This document shows positions 1 through 9,611 of a DNA stretch of 64,000 bases, in pieces. Numbering within the stretch: the first letter of the stretch is position 1; every line of letters starts with the position of its first letter. This stretch comes from Candidatus Micrarchaeota archaeon (GTDB lineage Archaea; Micrarchaeota; Micrarchaeia; Anstonellales; Bilamarchaeaceae), in assembly GCA_043821365.1 (NCBI GenBank), contig JBDRCX010000006.1, forward strand, positions 448,001-512,000, written 5' to 3'. The notes beneath the pieces were generated by a model that saw only the letters and a list, made by a program, of their open reading frames with translations, made no database searches and was not told the DNA's origin. Both the position numbers and the translations under genes were made by a program.

Positions 1-3000
1 TTCTTTTTCAACTGTGTGCCTTTGGAATTCAACTGTGGTATTTCTTACCCAATCTGCTTGGGTACCCCGTAGTGTCTGTGTCATTGCTTCATCAAATATA
101 TCTTGTGGAACTTCTTCCATCACAGGATTTATTACAACTGCAGGTGTTCTTGCACCTGCAACTCTTACGATGTTGTCTCTTAGCATACTAAGGAAACTGT
201 CTCTATGTTCTTCTTCAACATGGTATTTAGCTTCCCCAACTTTACCCATAGCAAGTCTTATTTCTGATGTTTGTTTTCCTTGAGACAATAAAAATTGTAC
301 ATTGTTAAGATCAGTCACTCTGCTTGTTTCCATTATCTGGAATTCAAGTTCACTTATCAAGAATCCTTCTCTCACCCAACGTGCTCTGTTTACTTGATCA
401 TTCAAATATTCATAGCTTATTGTTTTGCCATCTTGTTCTTCTGCCATTAATCTTGCAACAAATTGGTCTGATCTACCAGTGTTCAATCGTAATCCATCAC
501 TTATTGCATTATAATCAAGTTCAATTGTACAACAAACTTGCATACCTGGTTTCCATTTATCTGCTTCAACTGGCTGATATGCTTCTACATCCTCAACTGT
601 TTTTATCCCGAGTTTGCCACAACTTGCAGGAAGTGGAGTTGCACTTGTGCTGCAATTCACTGGTCTTTCGTCAAGTTTCTTTACTTCAGCAACAACTTTC
701 ATTGTTTTACGTTCTTGCATGAATGTCAAAACATCTTGATTTGTTGCAAGCCATCTTAATCTTGCTTCAACTCCAGTGCTATCTGCTTCGCCCTGAAGTG
801 TTTTTCCAATTCCATATGCTCTTTTGTAATATTCTGAACCTCTTTCTGTTAATCTACCTGGAATATCATAACTGTCATGTATAACCCTTCTAATTTCTTT
901 TTCTGTTGCCAATGGCAATCCCCAAGTCCATGGTCTGTACCAATCTTTGCTTTGAGTATAAACAGGACCTCCAAATGCCTGCACAATTGGTGCTGGCCAG
1001 GTTAATGGGTTAAGTAATTTTACTTCTTGTGCTCCAAGAGTAAAACTTAATGCACCAGTAGCCAATATACCCTTTACTACTAATCCAGCAACTCCTCTTG
1101 ACCATCTTGGCCATACTGTTGGGTAATATGATCCTTGTCCTTGATCTGTATAATCTCTTGCCATCACTTTTCCTTTTGGATTTTCAGTAAGATGTTCTAA
1201 TTCAGTTCCAAAACTATGGTTCCACAACCATCTTCCTTTTGCTCTCCATCCTCTTCCGCTTATTGTATGATAGGCAAGTTTATGTTTGAACTTTGCCCAA
1301 CCACCTTCTCCTCTTGCTGGAATGCTATCTATATCTGATGCAGCTTCCCAGACTCTTACTGCTTCCAAACGCTGTGCATCTGATAAACCAACTATTGTTT
1401 CGTAATTTCTTCTTTCCATTCTCTCAACAACAAGCAAAGCAGCCCGTCTTAATGGGAATGCGTGGTTGTTTTTTGTTTCAGTTAGTTGAGCATCTATAAA
1501 TTCTCGAGTAATATCAAAATTTCTTAATGCAGTAGCCATTCTTCTGAATCTTGTTCTTGTTGCTTCTGGCAGATTTGTACGATCCACCTCTCTTTCAAAA
1601 GCATCTAGTTTTCCATTGAATTCATCCACCCTATCCTGCAACAAAGGTGCATAATCTACTCGTACTGGGGTAGGTGCGATAGGTTGGCCTTGAATTTGTT
1701 GTTGTGGTGCAGGTGTTCTCAAATATTGTACCATCTCTTCTCTTTCAGTTAGAAGTTCCTGTACTCTATCAAGATGCGCAGTAACTGCAACATTTGGTAA
1801 TCGTTCTGCTATTCTATCTGCAACCCCTCTAAGGTCAGCACCACTTTCGCGGTGTTCTATAAGTAAAGCACGAAAATGATCAATTAACTGTCTTGAAACC
1901 GCATCTGTGCTTCCTTCCAAACTAAATCTTCTCAATTCAGCTTGTGCTTCTCTTAGTTCACCCTCTGCCATTTGTAATTGTTCTCTTGCCACTGTTTCAT
2001 CAGCACTTGCTTCTCTTAGTTCTGTTATGTGGTGGTGAATATGATCATCCCTTATTCTTGCAGTACCATTAATTTGTGCTTGGAGATCTGAATATCTTTG
2101 CCTTGCCTCATTCAATTCTCTTCTAGATTCTCGTTTTTCTTGTTCAGTACTACGTTCATTTCCTTGGATTTGAGAATCCCTTCTTTCTGTCTGTTGCAAT
2201 TCTCTTCTTACAGTATCAACATAATCACCAATTTCTCTTTCAGCAGTTTCTCTTCGTTCTGCTGCCATTCTTATTGTGTCGCCTAGGTCTCCTATGACTT
2301 CATGTAGTGTTCGAACTGCCAAACTTCTTTCTTCTAGTCCTCTATCTGCGTGTTCACTATATCCAAAACCAGGCATGTTCAATGTTGGGTTATTTGCATT
2401 TGTTGGTGTACTAAGAATATCATTTACCAATGTGCCAAAATCATTAACAGCTCTTTCAAGTGGTTCAGCTGATCTTCTGTATAAATAGGTTGCTGCATAT
2501 GAAGGATCCAAAATACTTCCTCCTGCTCTTTCTTTTGAATCAGTAAATGTTTTTCTTGTTGAAAATTCCTTTAGCACCATTCCTATAAATTCCCCTTCTC
2601 TCCCAGGATGTTTATGTTGTGCAACACTTTCCAAAAATCTCAGAAATGCTTCTGACGGATTTGTCTGTCCTTCTGGCCATCCATCCCATATTTGTGGGCA
2701 TCTTACCATTGTTGAATGTAAAATATCTAGATCAAGTGTGGTCAGATTCCCTATCATATGCCTTCTATTACTTCTTGCAATGTTCAATTGTGCTGCTAAT
2801 TCTACTCTTCTTCTCTGTACATCAATTGCATGGGTACTATCACTTTCTTCCAGAGGAGTTCTTACTGCTCCATGTTCTATTGCCTGTACAAATTGTTCAC
2901 TACAAATAATTTCTCTGATTAACATGTCAAGTGTTCCAGTTACATCTCTTCTGCTTTGTCCCCTTCTAATTGCTTCTACAAATGCTTTGTTAAAACTAGA

Positions 3001-3186
3001 ACTATGATCTCCACTTGCTGTTCTTGCGTCTGGTGTTTCTCCTGCTCTCTGCCTTGCTCTTTCAATTGCTTCAGTTTCCTCTGCTCTCTGCCTTAATTTT
3101 CTCTGTCTCTTTGCTTCTGTTGGTATCAATGGAACGTAACTCTTTACCCCTTCCCATCCTCTACTTGCTAATGTACTTCCAGCCAT
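1..3186 (-). CDS. Giant orphan protein (>1062 aa, runs off the window start), Arg/Glu/Ala-rich coiled-coil with one hydrophobic segment
   Basis: Manual translation from the ATG at 3186 (MAGSTLASRGWEGVKSYVPLIP..., AGGTGG RBS upstream) found no stop down to position 1. It is absent from the ORF track, presumably because no stop lies in the window. Confidence 0.85.
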   Translation of the reverse strand, partial: MAGSTLASRGWEGVKSYVPLIPTEAKRQRKLRQRAEETEAIERARQRAGETPDARTASGDHSSSFNKAFVEAIRRGQSRRDVTGTLDMLIREIICSEQFVQAIEHGAVRTPLEESDSTHAIDVQRRRVELAAQLNIARSNRRHMIGNLTTLDLDILHSTMVRCPQIWDGWPEGQTNPSEAFLRFLESVAQHKHPGREGEFIGMVLKEFSTRKTFTDSKERAGGSILDPSYAATYLYRRSAEPLERAVNDFGTLVNDILSTPTNANNPTLNMPGFGYSEHADRGLEERSLAVRTLHEVIGDLGDTIRMAAERRETAEREIGDYVDTVRRELQQTERRDSQIQGNERSTEQEKRESRRELNEARQRYSDLQAQINGTARIRDDHIHHHITELREASADETVAREQLQMAEGELREAQAELRRFSLEGSTDAVSRQLIDHFRALLIEHRESGADLRGVADRIAERLPNVAVTAHLDRVQELLTEREEMVQYLRTPAPQQQIQGQPIAPTPVRVDYAPLLQDRVDEFNGKLDAFEREVDRTNLPEATRTRFRRMATALRNFDITREFIDAQLTETKNNHAFPLRRAALLVVERMERRNYETIVGLSDAQRLEAVRVWEAASDIDSIPARGEGGWAKFKHKLAYHTISGRGWRAKGRWLWNHSFGTELEHLTENPKGKVMARDYTDQGQGSYYPTVWPRWSRGVAGLVVKGILATGALSFTLGAQEVKLLNPLTWPAPIVQAFGGPVYTQSKDWYRPWTWGLPLATEKEIRRVIHDSYDIPGRLTERGSEYYKRAYGIGKTLQGEADSTGVEARLRWLATNQDVLTFMQERKTMKVVAEVKKLDERPVNCSTSATPLPASCGKLGIKTVEDVEAYQPVEADKWKPGMQVCCTIELDYNAISDGLRLNTGRSDQFVARLMAEEQDGKTISYEYLNDQVNRARWVREGFLISELEFQIMETSRVTDLNNVQFLLSQGKQTSEIRLAMGKVGEAKYHVEEEHRDSFLSMLRDNIVRVAGARTPAVVINPVMEEVPQDIFDEAMTQTLRGTQADWVRNTTVEFQRHTVEKE

Positions 3187-3309
3187 AATCCCACCTACTT
3201 CTAATAATTTTTCTATCGTTATTGTGTCTAATAGTGTTTTTAAAAGTATCACTGTGTTTATGGAGGTTGTGCTTTAGATAATATATTATACATATGCCAC
3301 ATGATAAAA

Positions 3310-4671
3310 TTAGCCAACTATATTCCCAACAATTTTTTCAGGAATAAATCTTTCCAAATCTTCATATTTCTGTCCAATTCCAACATAAATTATTGGTATC
3401 CCTGTTGCTTTATTTATTGAAAGCATTGTTCCGCCTTTTGGATCACAATCTAATTTTGTCAATATGACTGCATCAATTCCTATTTCTTTATTAAAAGTAG
3501 ATATTTGATCTATTATTGCATTTCCAGCTATGCTTTCACCTATATAAATCTTCAAATCAGGCTGAATTACTCTGGTCATTTTTTTTACTTCATTTATCAA
3601 ACTGATATTTGTATCCTGTCTTCCTGCGGTGTCTATTAGAACTGCATCTATCGCGTGTGCTTTTGCATAATTCACCGCATCGTATGCAACTGAAGTCGGA
3701 TCGCTTCCATACTCTCTTTTTATTATTTTTACTCCAAGACGATCTGCATGGATAGACATCTGTTCAATTGCTGCTGCCCTAAAAGTATCTGCTGCTGCAA
3801 ACACAACTTTTTGTTTGTTGTCCATCAAAAGTTTTGCAACCTTTGCTATTGTTGTTGTTTTTCCAGCCCCATTAATTCCAATAAGCATTATTTTTACTGG
3901 TTTGTCTGAACTTTGCATTTTTTCTAAAATGTCAAAGTCTTTATCATTTGTTAAAATTTCAATTAGAATTTGCTTTATTGAATCACTGACAAATGATTGG
4001 AGTTTGTTTTTTGGTATCTTTGCACCTACGATTTTTTCAGTTAATTCGTTTTTTATACTCTCTGCAACTCCAATATCAACATCTGCTTCAAGCAATTCCA
4101 ATTCAAATTCTTCAAGCATTTGTTTTACATCTGATTCACTTATTTCAACTTCTCTAGTTATTATGCTTTTTACTGTGCTTACTATGCCCAGCTTGATCCT
4201 TTCCTTTGGTTTTTCCTCTTTTTTTGGCAATTCGATTGTTTTTTCCTGGACTTTGGGTTGCTCAATTTTATGAGGTTTTGGTTCGTCTATTATTTCTATT
4301 TTTTGTTCTGGTTTTATCTCAGGTTTTTTTTCTTTTGGTTCAATTTTTTCATTTATCGGTTCTCTTTGAATTATTTTTTTGACTGGCTTTTCTTCGATTT
4401 TTGAAATTGGTTTTTCTCCTACTTTATCTGGTGGTTTCTCTTCAATTTTTTTAGAAATAGGTTTCTCTTTTTTTTCTACAGTTGCTTTTATTGGCTCTTT
4501 TTTCTTTTCAACTGGTTTTTCAATTTGTTTCTTTGGTTTAACTCGTTGTTCTTCAGTTTTTAGTTCTTTTTCAATTTTCTCTTCTGGTGGTTTTTCCTCT
4601 ATTTCATCTTCTTTCTTTTTGGTAAGGCCATCGATAAAGCCACCAATTTTCTTTTTAAGAAAATCAAACAC
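3310..4671 (-). CDS. ftsY: SRP receptor FtsY with Lys/Glu-rich N-terminal extension
   Basis: Motifs GINGAGKTTT, DTFRAAA, DTAGR and TKLD. Start placed at the GTG at 4671; the track extends to 4731. Confidence 0.97.
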   Translation of the reverse strand: MFDFLKKKIGGFIDGLTKKKEDEIEEKPPEEKIEKELKTEEQRVKPKKQIEKPVEKKKEPIKATVEKKEKPISKKIEEKPPDKVGEKPISKIEEKPVKKIIQREPINEKIEPKEKKPEIKPEQKIEIIDEPKPHKIEQPKVQEKTIELPKKEEKPKERIKLGIVSTVKSIITREVEISESDVKQMLEEFELELLEADVDIGVAESIKNELTEKIVGAKIPKNKLQSFVSDSIKQILIEILTNDKDFDILEKMQSSDKPVKIMLIGINGAGKTTTIAKVAKLLMDNKQKVVFAAADTFRAAAIEQMSIHADRLGVKIIKREYGSDPTSVAYDAVNYAKAHAIDAVLIDTAGRQDTNISLINEVKKMTRVIQPDLKIYIGESIAGNAIIDQISTFNKEIGIDAVILTKLDCDPKGGTMLSINKATGIPIIYVGIGQKYEDLERFIPEKIVGNIVG

Positions 4672-4774
4672 AAAAACACCACGAAAAAAGGACCGGCAGA
4701 AACAACGTTTCTGTGGTCCAGAAAAAAGCATTGCTTTTTTCTAGGAGATTCGAAAAGAATCTTGGTTCTTTTCA

Positions 4775-5221
4775 TCAGATGTAGTCTTCTCTTATGTTGC
4801 CATCGACTCTTTTGTTAATCTGATTTTGTATTTGGAGTTCCTGAAGTTGGCCTGTAGCTTCTCTTAATTTAACTGCGATTTTGTTGAACTCTTCGGTTAG
4901 TTTTTCAACTGCTTTTTTTGTTGCTTCTACTCTTTTTTTGATTTCAGCAGTAGCATCGTCTTTGTTCATTTCAACAAGGTATTCTGCACCTATTGGTACA
5001 AGAATTTTTGTTTCTGCTATATGTCCTTTTACTAATGCGCCACCACCTATTGGTATCAAAACCTTATTTTCTGCCATGTTCTCTGCTGTTTTCAATGCAT
5101 TGGTAAGATCAATTGTTGTTAGGCTAACCCTCTCTGTTTCTCTTTTTATGAGATTTATCTGTTCCTTGTAAACAGCTAATTCATAGCTCAATTGTGCTTG
5201 AAGATCTGATGCAGATGCCAT
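4775..5221 (-). CDS. pfdA: Prefoldin alpha subunit
   Basis: Coiled coils flanking LIPIGGGALVKG...VPIGAEY; conserved position upstream of ftsY. Confidence 0.92.
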   Translation of the reverse strand: MASASDLQAQLSYELAVYKEQINLIKRETERVSLTTIDLTNALKTAENMAENKVLIPIGGGALVKGHIAETKILVPIGAEYLVEMNKDDATAEIKKRVEATKKAVEKLTEEFNKIAVKLREATGQLQELQIQNQINKRVDGNIREDYI

Positions 5222-5223
5222 AT

Positions 5224-5397
5224 CTATCCCTTCTCCACTTTATCAATATTAATTTTATTCCTTGTTACTCCGTTTTGTGAACCGAAAAGTGCGTATGTCT
5301 TATCCTTTGCATCAAGCTCACTTTTGGCTTCGACTTTTTTTGTAAACTGCCTTTCTCCACCCTTCAGTTCTATTTTTCCACTAACATTAAACAACAT
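5224..5397 (-). CDS. rpl18a: Ribosomal protein eL20 (L18Ae/LX), 57 aa
   Basis: Manual translation MLFNVSGKIELKGGERQFTKKVEAKSELDAKDKTYALFGSQNGVTRNKINIDKVEKG; syntenic between eIF6 and pfdA. Confidence 0.85.
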   Translation of the reverse strand: MLFNVSGKIELKGGERQFTKKVEAKSELDAKDKTYALFGSQNGVTRNKINIDKVEKG

Positions 5398-5409
5398 ATG
5401 ATTACCTCT

Positions 5410-6069
5410 TTATTTTACCATATTAAGTGCTTCTTCCAATCTGCCTATCTCATAGGCAGTAGTGTTCTCCCCAACAATGTAACCATTCTTGTTGACAACA
5501 GCACCGTAAGAAACAAATCCTGTTCCTGTATTCATAGTTCCTTTGTTTCCATCTACTTTAAATATGTCCTTCATTTTTTTTAATTCATCATCAGTTGACT
5601 TGAAATGTGCCAAATATCCTGAATTTGTTGCTATGCATGAGCTTCCAACAGTTGAGAACCCAGCTATGGTTGTTGGGACGAGTTCAACTCCAAGTACATC
5701 TGCAATTTTTTTTGCATCTTCTTTTTCGATATTCGGGTTTATTATGCCCCCATTATCATTAACTGCAATATTATTTCCATGTGCATTGTATTTGTCAGTT
5801 GATATGTGAACATTAAGGCCAATCTTTTTCAGAACTGCAACTTCCTCTTCTTTTACTATGTTCGGAAGTATTATTCCATTTGAATTCATTGCAATATATA
5901 TGCCAAGAAGATTTGAATCCCCCATCCCAATTTTCACTGTTTTTGTCTTAAGTCTCTCCTGTATCATATCCTCTATCTTCTTCATGCTATCAATTGGTAG
6001 CATGGTTATTTCATTATTTGATTTTATGAACATCCCAATCCAGGGATTTCCATAATAAGCGATTTTCAT
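5410..6069 (-). CDS. eif6: Translation initiation factor 6 (aIF6)
   Basis: GNPWIG and AHGNNIAVNDNGGIINP motifs; GGAGG RBS before the ATG at 6069; synteny. Confidence 0.95.
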   Translation of the reverse strand: MKIAYYGNPWIGMFIKSNNEITMLPIDSMKKIEDMIQERLKTKTVKIGMGDSNLLGIYIAMNSNGIILPNIVKEEEVAVLKKIGLNVHISTDKYNAHGNNIAVNDNGGIINPNIEKEDAKKIADVLGVELVPTTIAGFSTVGSSCIATNSGYLAHFKSTDDELKKMKDIFKVDGNKGTMNTGTGFVSYGAVVNKNGYIVGENTTAYEIGRLEEALNMVK

Positions 6070-6114
6070 TTCACTGGCCTCCAATTGTTCGATGTCGAAC
6101 AACGGACCACAGAA

Positions 6115-6504
6115 CTATTTGCTGTTCTGTTGGTCACCTTTTGGCTCGACTTTTTTTTCTTCGGTTTTTGGTTTTTCCTCTTTCTTTGCCTCTGGTTTTT
6201 TCTCGTCACCTTTTGGTTTTTCCTCTTTTTTAGGTTCTTCGATCTTTTCATCAGATAAATAGGCATTTATTTTTCCATCATCTTTGATAAGCCTAACTTT
6301 GATTTTGCGTGGCGGCTTCTGGATACTTCTTGTCCATATAAATTTGTTTAATTTTTCACTGATGATGATCTTTTCGCCATCTGCTTTCATGTGCCTTGTG
6401 ATAAATGCTCTTAATATCTTAACTGCCTTTGGAGCTCTTTTATTCCTTTTTGCTTCGTAAGCATCCCCAAGAGGAACAATATAAATTCTTTCAAGTTTTG
6501 TCAT
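6115..6504 (-). CDS. rpl31e: Ribosomal protein eL31 with K/E-rich tail
   Basis: ERIYIVPL...KRAPKAVK...WTRSIQKPPRKIKV. Confidence 0.96.
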   Translation of the reverse strand: MTKLERIYIVPLGDAYEAKRNKRAPKAVKILRAFITRHMKADGEKIIISEKLNKFIWTRSIQKPPRKIKVRLIKDDGKINAYLSDEKIEEPKKEEKPKGDEKKPEAKKEEKPKTEEKKVEPKGDQQNSK

Positions 6505-6513
6505 ATGATCACC

Positions 6514-6672
6514 CTAATCCTTTATCCTGAGTTTATCTGTTCTCCAATCTCTTCTTCTTCTGTTGTGACTAACTCTTCGTTTTGTTCTAATTATCACGAA
6601 TGCAGGAATTCTTTTTATTTCTTTATTGGCACTTGCCAATTTTTTTTTCTTTTCCAAACCTTTTTTTCCCAT
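6514..6672 (-). CDS. rpl39e: Ribosomal protein eL39, 52 aa
   Basis: Manual translation MGKKGLEKKKKLASANKEIKRIPAFVIIRTKRRVSHNRRRRDWRTDKLRIKD; synteny. Confidence 0.92.
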   Translation of the reverse strand: MGKKGLEKKKKLASANKEIKRIPAFVIIRTKRRVSHNRRRRDWRTDKLRIKD

Positions 6673-6682
6673 ATAAACACCT

Positions 6683-6970
6683 TTATTTTTTATGAAATGT
6701 TATTGTTGTTTTGGTTTCATTTTGTTCTTTTATTGCCCTAAGAAGTGAAAGCAACTCTGTTTCAGTTATCTTCCTTTCAGCACGTTTAAAGTACATAAGA
6801 ACATTCTTTGCAGCAGTGAGGTAAAGTTCCTCATTTGCCACAGCAACATTCATCATCCTATTGTATGCACCTTCATCCAAAGCCATACGAAGGGTTGCTT
6901 TGAGCTGCTCTTGTGTTTTTCTTGCCTCGAGCTTTCTTTTTTTTACCTGCTCAAGATCTTCATCACTCAT
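6683..6970 (-). CDS. PDCD5-family DNA-binding protein
   Basis: MSDEDLEQVKKRKLE...LRMALDEGAYNRM...ITETELLSLL; sits between rps19e and rpl39e. Confidence 0.85.
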   Translation of the reverse strand: MSDEDLEQVKKRKLEARKTQEQLKATLRMALDEGAYNRMMNVAVANEELYLTAAKNVLMYFKRAERKITETELLSLLRAIKEQNETKTTITFHKK

Positions 6971-6971
6971 G

Positions 6972-7379
6972 TTATGCGCACTCTTTGGCAGTGGTATCAA
7001 GTAACTTTCTTCCTTCTGGTGAAAGTGCCCTACCACTCTTTTCCTTTGCTAACAGACCTGCTTTTTCAAGTTCCTGCATTGCTTTTCTTATCATAGAACC
7101 ACCTGCAGGCACATGTTTTCCGGGTCTGACTCCTCTTCTTTTTCTTCCACCATAGTGTCTTCGTAGTCTTTGTACACCGACTGTTCCATTGACGTAGAAC
7201 TGCCGTAATATGGAAGCGCATCTAAGGTACCAGAAATTATCTGTCTGTGGTGGTCTTGCAGCATGTGCGCCGCTTTTTACCAATCCCACATAAGATGGTT
7301 TGTGGATTTTCAATTCCTTTAGTCTTTCAGCTGTTTTCTCTATTAGTTTATTTGCATCAACATCGAATACCGTGACCAT
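6972..7379 (-). CDS. rps19e: Ribosomal protein eS19
   Basis: VKSGAHAARPP...FWYLRCASILR...LRRHYGGRKRRG. Confidence 0.97.
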   Translation of the reverse strand: MVTVFDVDANKLIEKTAERLKELKIHKPSYVGLVKSGAHAARPPQTDNFWYLRCASILRQFYVNGTVGVQRLRRHYGGRKRRGVRPGKHVPAGGSMIRKAMQELEKAGLLAKEKSGRALSPEGRKLLDTTAKECA

Positions 7380-7579
7380 TTGTTCACCTCTACTTGCAAC
7401 CCATTATACTGACGAAAATTGGATACTTTTGCAGGGATGAATTTAGACCTAACGCTATTAAAATCTATCTGTTTTCTCTTTGAACTCAAAAACAAACTTT
7501 CATTTATTTTCTATAAACTACTTCTTTGGAACCAAGAAAAACAATGGTTAATTAAAACACTACTACCAGTTTTAATAGT

Positions 7580-8233
7580 ATGAAATCTATTTTTCCTGGA
7601 GTTTTTCAATCAGATAAATTCATTCTCACTCTAAATGCTGACAAGGGCCACAAAGTCTACAACGAGAGGACTATCAAAGAAGGAGAGAAAGAGTATAGGG
7701 TTTGGGATCCATTCAGAAGTAAGCTTTCTGCTGCAATAAAAAATGGGCTCAAAACATTTCCGTTTGTAAATGATGCAAAAATTCTCTACCTTGGTGCATC
7801 AACAGGTACAACAATTTCACATGTTTCTGATATTGTAGGGGAAAAAGGTGAAATTTATTCTGTTGAAATTTCTTCTCAATGTCTTCGTTCATTAATCCAA
7901 CTTTCCGATAGAAGGAACAATATCATTCCAATACAAGGTGATGCACGACAACCCCAAGAATATTCTGAAGTTGGGGAAGTCGATGTAATCTATCAGGATG
8001 TTGCACAACCTGATCAAGATGCTCTTCTAATAAAAAATGCAAAAATGTTTCTAAAAAAAAATGGGATCGCAATGATTTGCATAAAAAGTCAGAGTATCGA
8101 TGTAACAAAAGATCCTAAGGTTATTTTTGCAGAAGTGATTAAAAGATTGGAAACTGTTTTTGACATAGTGGAGAAAATAAAATTAGAACCATTTGACAAG
8201 GATCATCTGTTCGTTGTTCTTCGTTTGAGATAA
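7580..8233 (+). CDS. flpA: Fibrillarin-like rRNA/tRNA 2'-O-methyltransferase
   Basis: VYNER, WDPFRSKLSAAI, LYLGASTGTT, YQDVAQPDQ. Confidence 0.97.
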   Translation: MKSIFPGVFQSDKFILTLNADKGHKVYNERTIKEGEKEYRVWDPFRSKLSAAIKNGLKTFPFVNDAKILYLGASTGTTISHVSDIVGEKGEIYSVEISSQCLRSLIQLSDRRNNIIPIQGDARQPQEYSEVGEVDVIYQDVAQPDQDALLIKNAKMFLKKNGIAMICIKSQSIDVTKDPKVIFAEVIKRLETVFDIVEKIKLEPFDKDHLFVVLRLR

Positions 8234-8286
8234 CTATTTAAACTATTTGTGTTAAATGGGAATTAAGATTACTTAGTGGTGAAACT

Positions 8287-8715
8287 TTGAACACATTAGC
8301 TATGACACTAGGATTTGGTGCTGGTTTTAGTTCTACTAGATCCCCAGATCGTACTATTGCAAAGAGAGATGCCAATCCCAAACTTTTACATCCTGTTAGT
8401 GACCGTGTGGAAATACTTAGATTGCATGCACGAGCAGCACGAATATTTGCTGATGAAGAAATAAGTGCAATAATGCACGGAAGCACTGAAACATCCTACT
8501 CAAATTGGTGGAATAATGGGAGAAAAGGAAAAAACCCGATCTTTCCAATAGATGTTGATATAGTTGTTGCTGCAATAAAAAATCTATCAATTAGTGAAGT
8601 TCGTGAATACAAGGCTAATCTTTTCATTATCTGCAGAGTTAATCGTTCATGTCCTGTTGATTTTGTTGAAGCTAGAGATGCAGCAAATGAAAGGCTAGCT
8701 GAAATTGGCTTCTAA
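8287..8715 (+). CDS. Hypothetical orphan protein
   Basis: 142-aa ORF filling the gap; no recognisable motif. Confidence 0.6.
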   Translation: MNTLAMTLGFGAGFSSTRSPDRTIAKRDANPKLLHPVSDRVEILRLHARAARIFADEEISAIMHGSTETSYSNWWNNGRKGKNPIFPIDVDIVVAAIKNLSISEVREYKANLFIICRVNRSCPVDFVEARDAANERLAEIGF

Positions 8716-9131
8716 AATTTTTGCAGGCTAAGTTTGGTCTTGCTATCTTTTTCTCTATTTATCCTTGTGCTTATTGGAAGAAGTACTATTTCACATGTTG
8801 GTTTGATAATAGCACTAATCAGATGTCCTGATTTTGTTGAAAAGTCTTCTTTACCAATCACAATGTGTATGTGGACCATTGGTTCATTATTTAGCATTGC
8901 CACATTACCATTCAAAGAAATAATCTCAAGAGATCCTTCAAATTTTTTTACATTGTATTTTTTATCTTCAGGATCCCAATGCCCAATCTCTGTTTTACAA
9001 GCTGCACCAATACCAGTAATCAAAGCACTTTCAACTTCTTCTATTTTACAAATTGACTGAAGAGATTCTATTATCTCCTCTCCATCATCCAATCGTATTG
9101 CTATTTCTTTTCCAGTATTTCGATACTGCAT
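8712..9131 (-). CDS. PPC domain (DUF296) protein
   Basis: RLDDGEEIIESL, GIGA, EIISLNGN, HIHIVIG, SGHL. Confidence 0.9.
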   Translation of the reverse strand: MQYRNTGKEIAIRLDDGEEIIESLQSICKIEEVESALITGIGAACKTEIGHWDPEDKKYNVKKFEGSLEIISLNGNVAMLNNEPMVHIHIVIGKEDFSTKSGHLISAIIKPTCEIVLLPISTRINREKDSKTKLSLQKF

Positions 9132-9556
9132 CAGACCAGTTCCTCAGCTAAAAATAATCTTTCGCAGAAATGGCATCGATATTCATCCTTATCTCTGACA
9201 AAATGTTTCTGGCCACTCTCATTTGTAATGCAATTTGGATTTGGGCATTTTCCATGGTCTTTAACTTCTTTTGGAAGTTGTGCATCGTATTTTTTTTCAA
9301 CTTCTCCGCCTTTTACAATGTTTACTGTTGCACCTGGTGAAACAAGAGCAATCAGGTTTGCAGTTTCCTGTGAAACCATTTTTCCCTCAATTTTTACTAT
9401 ATCTTTTGTTTTCATTCTTTTGCTTGGTACGTTCAATACAATTGCAACTCTATGTGGATATTTTTCGCCTATGTCTAGAAGTTTTATTACTTTTCCAGCC
9501 TTTCCAGCTTTTATATGATCAACAACAGTTCCCATCTCAATTCTGTCTACTTGCAT
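9131..9556 (-). CDS. pyrI: Aspartate carbamoyltransferase regulatory subunit
   Basis: GTVVDHI, KDIVKIE, CPNPNCIT and CHFCER zinc site. Confidence 0.96.
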   Translation of the reverse strand: MQVDRIEMGTVVDHIKAGKAGKVIKLLDIGEKYPHRVAIVLNVPSKRMKTKDIVKIEGKMVSQETANLIALVSPGATVNIVKGGEVEKKYDAQLPKEVKDHGKCPNPNCITNESGQKHFVRDKDEYRCHFCERLFLAEELV

Positions 9557-9611
9557 GTTTTCACCTCATAAAAATTCTTATTTTTATTAAGACAAAATTG
9601 GTTCAATTTTG

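Noticed and set aside
14-3007. Many short + strand ORFs in the track
   Set aside because: They are antisense shadows of the long minus-strand ORF 1-3186, with Leu/Ser/Phe-rich antisense composition.
4190-4671. K/E/P-rich repeats in the FtsY N-terminus
   Set aside because: Charged low-complexity N-terminal extensions are a known, variable feature of FtsY.
7400-7445. C/D box sRNA candidate upstream of fibrillarin
   Set aside because: CTGA (7409) precedes GATGA (7436), which is the wrong order, and no second box pair is evident.
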